Shown in pieces: positions 12,407 to 22,709 of a stretch of DNA of 64,000 nucleotides. Made by a program: the position numbers and the translations under genes. Each line of letters begins with the position of its first letter. Position 1 is the first letter of the stretch. A model generated the notes under the pieces. It saw only the letters and a list, made by a program, of their open reading frames with translations. It did no database searches and was not told where the DNA came from. The stretch is taken from the NCBI GenBank assembly GCA_010015585.1, contig ML975151.1; one strand, written 5' to 3'. This DNA comes from Eremomyces bilateralis CBS 781.70 (lineage: Eukaryota).

Positions 12407-13555
12407 CTAACCACCGAAAAGTCTTCCTTCAATCAACTCCTTCAATCCCTTACCAGCATCATAATGCTTCAGATCATCCTTCATATCAGAACCCCCCTTG
12501 TTCGGCGCAATGGCAATCGCACGCCCTATACCGGTTAGTTACCAACTTCCTACGTCAAACGGTCTTAACTCACCATGCACCCCTTCATCAGTCACAACCC
12601 TCAAGAACCCATCCACACAGTCCTCCACTTCCCCCACGGGGATCCCCGCTTCCGCCAACTTCCCAAGGTGATTCGCAATCATCTTCGTCCGTATATACGT
12701 CGGCGCAATCAAATTCGTCCGCACCCTCTTCTTCCCCTCACCCAGCAGCTCAGGCCTCGCCCGTAACGCCTTCATCATCCCCCGTACCCCAAACTTGCTC
12801 CCGTTATAGTCCGCCAGGAGCGGGAGCGCCGCATACCCCGCCAGCGACGCCACCAGCACAATCTGCTTGGATTCCGCCGACGTCGCGGCATCAATGGTTC
12901 GGGCGAAGTAATGGACCGCCAGGTGGATGGAGTAGAAACTCCCGGTCAGGTTGACGTCGATGACGTCGGTCGTCGGGGGATGAGGATCGGCGTTAGAGTC
13001 GGTGGGATTATGTTTTATCCACTGGTCCATGGAGTTGCCGACGAGGCCGGCCGCGGTGACGACGATGTCGAGAGAGTGGGTGGGGTGGAATTCGATGGCA
13101 GATTTGAAGGCTTGGAGCTGGGCGTCCCAGCTACGGACATCTGCTTGGATGAATTGGACACTACGACGGCCTATCAGCATTTTCTTTTTGAACCAGATCC
13201 AGCACCTGCACCGCCTTTCGGAGGATCCACCTGATGAGGTAGAGGGTTCGGGCCGCTTACTGAAGACCCTTCGATGCCAGTTCTTTCGCATACTTCTCCC
13301 CGTCTGAGTGCAGGTCCACAATCGTGACATATGCTCTAGAGACGTTTAGTACTGTTCCATGGACTTCGGGCGTGATCATACTCACCCGGCTTCCGCCAAA
13401 GCCGTCGCAAAGCCTGCGCCTATCCCATTCGCTCCCCCCGTCACCAAAGCACTCTGGCCTTTGAGTCCGGCAGTATTCACTGTCTTTGTGAAATCAACGG
13501 CAGGCGAGCTAAAGTTGAAGTCCACCACGCCTCTCTTGCTGGTCTGCTGCGCCAT
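12407..13555 (-). CDS. Short-chain dehydrogenase/reductase (classical SDR), 4 exons
   Basis: Rossmann motif VTGGANGIG, TAAG, DVNLTG and catalytic YNGSK. Three GT-AG introns give an open frame ending ...GRLFGG*. Confidence 0.9.
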
Positions 13556-14478
13556 TGTTTATAAATGCAATATCAATACGGTTCTTCCAACAATTACATG
13601 AAGAGAATGGATGGCAAATCTTCACTTCGCTCTATTCTTTTGGAGAAATCTACTGATAATCATCTCATGATGATGAAACCCTCCCAAACTCAGTTTCCAA
13701 GTCTACACTCTCAGCGTACTCCCCAAACACCCTGATCAAGTGATCATACTCTTGGCTATACCATTCTCATGGATGCTGCTACCCTCCATCGCCCGAGCTG
13801 ACCCCGCTTTCTTAGCTCCCTCCAATCAGTGCGATCAGAATTCAAATGGTACATGCGTGCTGATTCAGCATTGTTACATTGAGTCCTTAGTTGGGCACTT
13901 GGGCGCCTTAATTCCTCTACAGTGCTTTGATGTGGTCGGATTATGTCAGATACAACGTGTGAAGCTGAGGTGAGCCGTGAGTGTCGCTTACGAACGAGGG
14001 GCGCGGATAAGTTACTCAAGGTTGCGGATCTAATTAATAGGACATCACGGAGTATTGCATTCCGAATGGGGCATTCTATCACAGGTTGCCTGTGTTGATT
14101 GGTCAGTCGAAAGGTTACCTCGCCTCCGGGCAGCATCACGATTACACCCTCAGTCTCATGCGAAATTAGGCCCCGGCCTTCCTTCAGTTCCAACAAGATA
14201 ATTGTTTCGATCAGGCCAGGCCAAACTGACGCTCAAAGGGAAATGCAGAGATGAGGGAGCGGTAAGCACCAGATCGGGATCGACTCTCCCTTTTTTATAC
14301 CACCAACGGTGCCTCTGAACCGTAGTAGCCGCCTAACTGAGGAATTGGTTAATGTCTACCGATCCTTTGTACGGTATTCTCTATCGTTTTGCTAGCAGAT
14401 CCGGAAACACATTCGATAGCACGGCTAGTTTGGACTAACGATCAGTTTATAGACCTCTTCGGCCGTCCACCTTCAGCG

Positions 14479-15656
14479 ATGAACAACAAATGTCCATCAG
14501 GGATCAAGCCTAATCGATCTCCGTTAGCGAAAGCGCTTATTACCTTAGAGGCTGCAACCTCTAAGCTAGTGAATACACTTCAAGAGGTCGGGGAAGGGCC
14601 CCACTCTACGACTCGAGACCAAACATCGAGAAACCCCCCGACTCCATTGTAGACGACCTGAGTGGATGCGTTGACACACTCCAAATTGGGGAAGATTGCC
14701 ACTCTACGGCTCGAGATGAAACATCGAGGAAACCCTCAACTCCCTTGTAGACAACCTGAGCGAAATCACTGACAGGCTCCAAAAGATTGGGGAAAGGTAC
14801 CACTCTACAGCTCGAGACCAAACATCGAGGACCCCCCTCGACTCCCTTGTAGACGACCTGAGCAGGTTCGTTGATGCTCTCCGAGCTGTTAGGCGAATCA
14901 TCAAACATCAGTCTACACCATTTCTGCCATGTGAGGATCAAAGATGGGTGGGAATCTATGACTACGGATGAAAAATTAACCGCTCTCTTCAAAACGCCGG
15001 AAGAGAAACTCTGGGAGTTCGCTCGCGTGATATCGAAATACGTACAAACCCTTCAACCACTTGAACCAACACGCGATATTCTCTGGCGTGTGAAATCCGA
15101 TGAAGCTTTCCAAGACCAATCTGGGTTGCCGGAACCCCTGATCACCCTGAAAGCATTCGATGAACATCTTAGCGTCCAACATGTCAAGACCCCGTTTAAT
15201 TCATTCTTCTCTTCCTGGGGTAGAGTGCTGAAGAGGAGAAAACGTTGCCCACACAGGGGGGCAACAAATATTCGGGTCATTGCCTTATGGACCGAAGGCC
15301 TCCCTGTCTATGATGCCTACGCCATCGCAGAAGCGCTACGGTACAGCAATGACGAACAGGAGCCGAGAAGACAGTTGAGCTACATCAGCGATGAGTGGCT
15401 GATGGCGAATGCTGACTGTGACTACACAGAGTCCGGGCGGGTCACTGCTGTGTTCGATAGATGCGGCGAGAATCGAACGATGGAATTATGGGGTCCCGGT
15501 AAGCATCCTAAACCAGTGAATGTAGCTGCTGGGATGCTGGGAATGCCAGGAGAGATGTTAAGGGGGAATCTTAAGAATATTGTGCATATGCGCACTGGTT
15601 TGACTGAGGATAGCGCACAGTTCATCTGTTTGGAAAGTTCTTCTTTGGAAGTATAA
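14479..15656 (+). pseudogene. Frameshifted gene: N-terminal 34-codon helical repeats plus putative ADP-ribosyltransferase-like (DUF7587-like) domain
   Basis: ATG at 14479 reads into ~102-nt tandem repeats carrying -1, -1 and +1 indels, then an open 3' part with LWRV...HL..TPFNSFF...DEWL (R-S-E-like spacing). The domain call is from recall. Confidence 0.5.
14590..14894 (+). repeat. Three imperfect tandem copies of a ~102-bp coding repeat
   Basis: Copies start at 14590, 14688 and 14789 (periods 98, 101, 103). Shared core ccactctacRRctcgagaYSaaacatcgag...actccMttgtagacRacctgag. Confidence 0.95.
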
Positions 15657-16697
15657 GACAATGGATGACTAGCGATGACAGTTATGACTATTTCAAACGA
15701 TCTGTCTGTCTATCTGGTGGCTTCATTGAGATAGTGAACTGATTTTGAACATACTTGATTTAACCGTACAATCATTCCATCTCCAAAACAGGGCATTCGG
15801 TTCCTAAGGGTTTTACGATATCCTCTCTGAAGTTCTCCGTAAGAGAACAGGAAATCGTCAACCAGCTCCAATATTTCTGCAATGAATATCAGATAAACAT
15901 CAGAACAATGAAATGGAACCGAACATGAATACTTTTTGTTCATTCATTCATTCAGTGATCACCGAGAATTGTGGCCTTATGGCCTTGCATCGCTATCACC
16001 AGGCCACAATTCTTTGCCTATATTAGCAGTCAGGTTCCAGACCAAACGATCCCTCTTCACCCCTGTTCCAGGTTTCCTACACTCCGGAATTGTATCAGAA
16101 TTGGAGTCAGACACTACCAAACATTCTGCGTAGTATGCGACACACATCTGCGACACTCAACATGGCATGTGGCAGTGATTTCCTTCCCGCGAGTCGCTAT
16201 CTATGGCGTAGCCGCGCACCACTGTGTCCTGACAACCAACAGCTCCCACAGCGGTAAAACCAACATGTTACACGTTCTGCAGCAGAAACCTGGATACAGC
16301 GCAGATATGTACCGAAATATCTTCAAAAGCGTAGCATCCATCGAACGGAGTTGCGGGGTCGCCAGATATGTTTGGTTCGCGGGATTTCCTGCGCTCTGTT
16401 AGACGCGGGCAAAGCTTCCCGAGTGCAGATGTTGGAGATTCATCCTCTGCAAGGTCCGTCGTGGTGAGCCCAGGAATCGATGATGAAAGTTAAAAACAAA
16501 ATGGGGAGTAGGATGGCCCTAAGGAGAGAGATATCTCTTCCTTATAGTCGCAAAGATAAAAGCAGAAGTGTTTCCAGTCTGTTTTCGGGTCCAAGTCGAT
16601 GTATTTCTATTTCCAACTCGCAAGTCAATCCTTTTGAAATCGTATATATTCTAGTCGTCATACAAAGATGATTCTAAACTTCCCTGTACCACTGCCG

Positions 16698-18115
16698 ATG
16701 GGTACAGATATGACCCACCATCAGCCCATACCGGTATCGTCATCTCCCCGTAGATGGCGGTTGATCGCACGCCCTGAAAGCCTGGCCTCCTTCCTCCTCC
16801 TCACCATATCCTTTACGCTTTCCATCATCTGCCTCCTAAGCGGATACAAGCCCGGCTTCGGCGTCGAGCTGGACCTCATCACCGTAAGGACCCCAGGATC
16901 GATGGTCCAAATGCGCATTGACTCATCCCAATCCTTCAGTTCAACACCGTCGCGTTGGCCAGTACTCGGGCCTCCATTACCCTCCCAGGCCAAAACACCA
17001 CCATCCAAGTTCCCCTCGGCGTTTTAGGCGTCAATGACTTCTACTCCGCCCACCTCCTGACGAGCTGCTCTGGGCACTACGACACCCCTAGCGTTCCCTC
17101 GGAATTCCACTCTGACAACCCCAACCTCGATAGCGAGGGAGACAGCGACACCATCTCCTCCGCCGACAAACTCCCCTACGACTCAGACCCCATCGGGATC
17201 TCAAACCGGGTTATCGACCGCTGCAGTACTCCTCTTTCCACCTTCAAAATCTCTCTTTCCCAAATCGTAAACGACGCCATGAACGAGGGACTTCAAATCA
17301 TCCCCTCAGACCTCCTTAACCTCCCCACCGCCCCCGTCCGCCACGAGAACGTCCCCCAAACCGCCGCCGATTCCCCTCCATCCCTGAAACCCCGCTCTAT
17401 CCCATCCAACATCCAATCCATCCCCGAAGAGTCAGCAGACGAACAACTCCGCCAACTCAGCCCCAACAACAACCGCGTCCACCTCTCCGCCCTCTCCTCA
17501 CTCCCCTCCGCCCCATCCGCCCTCGCACCCCTCCACATCACCGCCTGCACCTTCGTCTTCCTCTCCCTCCTCGTGTCCCTTCTCCTCACACCCCTCCCCC
17601 GCGATGCATCCACCCCCATCTCACCCCGCCTCTTCACCCTCGCCCAAATCACCCTTACATCCCTCTCCGCCCTCCTCACCCTCGCATCCGCCATCGCCAC
17701 CACCGCAGCCACCACCATCATGGTCGCGCAAACCCGTACCACAACTCCCGTACCGACGGAGCTGGGCTTTGACACGGCGGACGGCGCGGTAGTTGAGATG
17801 CCTGCTGTTCAAATCGGTGCGGCGATGGGGAAGGCGTGGTTTGCGATGGCGTGGATTGGGGCGGTGATGGCGGTGGGGGCGGTGGGGGTGGCGGCGTGGG
17901 GCGTGTGGGCGAGGAGGGGGGAGAGGGGGGATGTGGATGGGATGGAAAGGGGATTGGTGGGGGATAGAGCGAGTTCGGTGTATTCGGGGGGTAAGGGGAG
18001 TTCGGTGTATTCGGGGAATGAGAAGGTTGGGAGTGGGAGGTCCTCGGTTTCGGAGGAGAGGGGGGGTGAGAGGTGGGATGGTGATGCGGTGGGGGAGCGG
18101 AGGGGGATTGATTGA
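16698..18115 (+). CDS. SUR7/PalI family membrane protein, 2 exons
   Basis: N-terminal TM (LASFLLLTISFTLSIICLLSG), GT-AG intron ~16884-16938, extracellular DFYSAHLLTSCSG..C loop and three further hydrophobic helices. Start may be 16698 or 16710. Confidence 0.75.
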
Positions 18116-18800
18116 GGTGGTAGAGGTGAGTGGGATATTTACGAGAAAGGGAAGGTTAAGGATACCCAATTTCTTATACATGTAAATTAAAATCACTTCG
18201 GAATCGCATAGGGAGACGGCTCCTAGCAATATCATCTCAGGATTCCACGGTTAGATATCGATACGTTCAACCACTCCACGGGAATTCAGTAGAAGAGACG
18301 AGACGGAATATTCATTCTATTGATTTCATCTCATTACAAGGGATAATATGGCCCGCGCTTCTATCCCGGCCCTGCCATTTCGCCCCGATATCTGCCTTAG
18401 GTTTCCTTCTCTCTAGCAATTTTCCCGCCCGGAATCCGTCCCTGGGTCCCCACGACAGAACACACTCCAGGGAGGGAACCCTACAAGCAAGGGAAAAAGA
18501 TGAGAGCGAGAGGTAAAAAGGCATGGACAAACAAATGCCAAGTAGTAAAGACGGGAGCAGCCGGGGTGGAGAATAACAATCAAACGTCGAACGGGGTGTG
18601 GGTGAAAAAAGATAATCATGATGGAGCTATGAAAACAATACCAAGAGGGAATCAGAACCCAATGATCCCCGATCCGCCGACGCGCCATACGCAATGAAAT
18701 GCTCGTGGATACGCACGTATCAGGAAGGCCAAACTGCAAGACGACAAACGGGGTGACGGAGGAGCGGCTTGGGGGACTTGGCTCGGAAACAGGTCCGACC

Positions 18801-20800
18801 TCATCCCTCCGCCAACTCCTTCCCCCTCATTCCCAACACCTCCAAACACCGCCTCGCCAACCCCATCACCTCCCTCTCTCCCTCCGCATCCTCCTCTTCC
18901 TCCCCCTCCGGCTCGCTCCCCGGCCGACTCCCCTCCTCGCTCCGCCGCCGCTCGCGCTCCGCCACCGCCTGCACCAACCCGACCAGCGTCTTCGTCTCGC
19001 GCACCCGCGCCACCAGCCGCGCGTCGCCACTCTCTAGCAGCTGCAGCAGCGTCCACACGGCTATATGCTGGAAGGTGGGGTCGCCAGAGCCGAGGAACCG
19101 CTCGAGGTAGCCGCGGATGCCGTCGGCGGGGGTGTCCCAGCGCGACAGGAAGATGTCGTAGGAGGGGACTTTGGAGGAGAGGTTGCCGAGGGCGGCAGCG
19201 CTGTTACCTTGCACCTCGACGCTCTCGCTAGCGGTCAGGGGGATGAGGACGTCGAAGAGCGTGGGGTCGGCGAGGAGGCGCGGCTTGAGGTCTTCGGATA
19301 GGGCAAGCACGGCGATGGCGGCGGTCATTTCGCTTTGGACACTCAGTGCGACTTGGAGGACGAGATCGATGCATTTGGAGACGGCGCCGGCGTCGAGGAC
19401 GAGGGCCTTGTTGCGGTCGGAGGAGGCGGCGAGGTTGCGGAGAGTGGAGATGGCGTGGCATTGGATTTCTTCGTTAGGGGTGGAGGAGAGGAGGTCGACG
19501 AGCGGGAGGAGGAAGCCGGCGTCGATGATGGGGGATTCATTCTGGGGGTGGATAGAGATGTTGCGGATGCAGGCCACCGCGGAGAGGATGAGTGGGAGGT
19601 AGGAGGATTTGAGGAGCTTGAGGAGGGGTGGAAGGCCTCGTGCGCGGACGATCTCGAGTTGGTAACGGTCGTCGGAGGCGAGATTGCGGAGGGCGAGGGC
19701 CGCTTGGCATTGGACTTTGGGGGAGGAAGAGTCCATGAGGTGGACGAGGGATGTAATGAGGCGCGGCTCGGATTGAGAGAGACGAGCTCGGTTCATGGCG
19801 TCGACGGCGATGTTGGAGAGGGCGGTAGTGCAGTAGTATTGGACGTCGACATCGGAGGAACCGAGAAGGTTGACGAGGACGGGGATGGCACCGGCTTGGA
19901 CGAGTTCTTGGCGGTTGTCATCTGTAAATGTTATCGACTTGTCCTAAGGTACGGAATCGAGATGGTTACCTGAATGTGTCATGTTCAGCAACGCTCCGGT
20001 TGCGTTTCTCTGCACACGCATGTCTCTCGACTTCGCCAATCCTGTAAGAGGCCCTAGTGCTCCTGATTGCGCGATCTTTGCCTTATTGTCCTCGTGTGTC
20101 GCCAAGTTGGTGATGCAGCCGACAGCGTTGCACTGCACTTCCACGTTGTTTGAGGTCATCTGTTTGATGAGAGGAGCCAATCCTCCTAGATCGACTATCC
20201 GGACTTTGTTCGTCGCTGCCATTCTTGTCAGCATCATCTTGCCTGCATGGCACGGGTGGATTGTGTATACCATTTACTGCTAGGTTCCCAAGGGCCGCAC
20301 TTGCCGCCCGTTGGACTTCAATATCATTGTTTTGTAGAAGCCAGATGATAGGCTCGAGGGTGTCTCGGTCGACTTCTCGTACATCTAGAAGGGTGTTTAG
20401 GAGGGTGTCCAGAACAATACTGAATCTACGATATCATACCTCGCTCTGTTATCTCCGCAAAGGTGAGACTGGCACTGCGTTGCAGGTCGATGTTATCGGA
20501 GTAGACGAGCGTGCTGAGAGCTTGTAGCGGAGGTCCAGAGAAGAAGTCGGTTTGATCTCGCTGGAACCATGTCAGATATATGTCCGTGTTGTCGTGCGAT
20601 ACAGTGCATCGGAATCCTTACATTCTCCAGATAGCCCAGCAAGTCGGCAACCGCTTCCCTTTCACTGTCTGCTAACACCGGATCGTATAAGCTATCTCTG
20701 GATCGGCCTGGAGGTTGTCAGTGAGGTTACAACCAGTCATCGAGGCATCCAACACACCTCCGCAGCACCATGCGAACAGCCGCGAACAGAGCTGCGCCAT
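18801..20800 (-). CDS. VAC8: Vacuolar protein 8 (armadillo-repeat protein), 6 exons
   Basis: [73 protein letters not shown] and [19 protein letters not shown]. Five GT-AG introns. Confidence 0.96.
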
Positions 20801-21137
20801 GGCTTTGTCAATGACCAAGGATGGGCGCTTCCGTCGGGTGTGCGCCGACGACCACTCGAGTCGCCGCCGGTTGGCACTTGGGTAGATGGGATCGGACGGA
20901 GGGATCTAAACGACCCGGGAAGGGGATCGATGGCGCAAGTAGCGAAACGGGGATCGTGAAGCCTGCGATATTGATGGTCGTTACAACGGGATCATGGGAT
21001 GGGATCGGAGGTCGACACGTGAGGGAGCTCGTATAGCTCGAAGAGATACAATATGGATGGACAGCAATGGAATCACTGTTGGATGACAATGGTACGGGGA
21101 ACCGAACGTGATGATGGCGGGGTAGACGTGAAGTGGT

Positions 21138-21160
21138 TCAATCAATCAATCAATCAATCA
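21138..21160. repeat. (ATCA)n microsatellite
   Basis: tcaatcaatcaatcaatcaatca in the VAC8/kinase intergenic region. Confidence 0.9.
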
Positions 21161-22709
21161 GCATATCTTGAAGTCTTGGAGGGTTGGCAGAGAGATGAGA
21201 TGGAGTAGTGGTCGTGGTCGTGGCTGCGGATCAGCGTCTTGGTGGAGAGTCTGGTGGTGCAGCGTTGTCGTCGCTGCATTGATGTCCTGGTAGGTTGCTG
21301 TGGCGCCGGGCCTGACCGTGTCTTCAGTGCAGGTGGTTGCTGTCTCGTCTCCCTCTCACGGCTCCTGTTTGGTCAGAGGAGGATCGATGTTGATGAACGA
21401 ACAAAGAAGCTCGAGTCGGATGGTTCCCTTGGTTGGACTTGCTGGAGATTGTCGTGGAACCCCCCTGGCTCAGACCGTTGGTTGGCGCAACCTTCCTTTC
21501 CGAAGTTTCTTCGTTCGAGGGGAATAAGGGATCAAGTACCTGCAATACCGGATTGGATTTGCTGTTGAATAGAGGACTGCTTGTTGTATTGGGAGACCAT
21601 CTCCGAGCATGTATGGCCCAATAGCCCTAACTTCGTTGCCTTCCTGACTCCTGTAGACCGGAAGCATAGGGATTATGTCAGCGGTTATCAAGTGCCATTG
21701 ATGGGTGCGGGCAACGGAGTCGCCAATTCCTTTCAGGCTCTTAGTATGAGAATTAGGCTCTTGGGGAGCCTATCATTCGGCTCTACCCTCCCGTAGCTTT
21801 GGGCATAACGTAGGGGATCGATGCCCACAACTTGGGTCGTTGGTCGCAGGGGAGAGCCTATTCAATACGTCAGTATCTGTCTCAAATCGTGTGTCTATAT
21901 GGCGGCTATTCTCTTCCCCAGCTCCAATCATCCTCCTCTTGCAGCATCGCCACCCCCACGACATGTGATATTCGGCGTTGTCATTCCCTGTGGTCACCGT
22001 AATACCGCGTCACGAGTATCGCCAACTGACCAACTGCTGCTCTTTATTTTGGGTTTGCCCATTGGACGCTTCTGCGGCTCTGGCGCCTTGCATGATTTCG
22101 ACGGCCATTCCCTGTAGATTCACTAGGTCGGTACATCGAACCAGTGGAGTCTAGACGACTTTGCCCGCATTATCCGCGGCGTCGACGACACTCCGTGTGG
22201 GGTGATGAAAGAGAGTGTGGAGAGTGGACTGACTTCACCACTTCCCCAGGGCTGGGGATTCTCGTCTTCTTCACTCCAACTACAATCACCTCAATATTGG
22301 TTAATAGTCCTTTGCATCAAAGAACGTGTCTTGCTTCGCTGGGACTCGTTCATCCTCAATTGCACGGTATTGCCTCGAGGGCCGGTGTGTTCCCTCTCGT
22401 CAACGGATAACATCAGGCCGAAGATCCTCTTCCATCCGCATCCATCCTGCAAAGTACAGACTTTGCATCGCCGCAACCAAGCCCTCCTCGCCCTCTTGCC
22501 TCATCGATTTTCGTGTATATTACTGCCAGATACAGAGAAACACCCTTAACAACGTCGCCAGCCTGAAACATCCCGCTCCTCCGCGAGCGGTACACCATTG
22601 CGCCGCAGCCGCTGGCTGGTCCAGCGTCTTTGTTCTCGACCCTCCTTCAGTTTCTTCACACTCCGCCATCACCCCGCCACGACGACATATCATTAAATGC
22701 GCCCTCTGC

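Noticed and set aside
12377..12409. SDR stop context TAG-CTA-G resembling the readthrough motif used for cryptic peroxisomal targeting
   Set aside because: The efficient motif uses TGA, and the extension (LGMTEVSVP*) does not end in a PTS1.
13668..13735. ATGATGA...CTGA spacing resembling a C/D-box snoRNA
   Set aside because: No convincing terminal stem or rRNA-complementary guide, and it lies in the SDR promoter.
14590..14894. Repeat array as a CRISPR-like locus
   Set aside because: The units are wholly homologous coding repeats with no unique spacers, and the context is eukaryotic with no cas genes.
22326..22709. 5' extension of the kinase ORF from a non-ATG codon
   Set aside because: It reads like 5' UTR. 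The first ATG in good context is at 22710.
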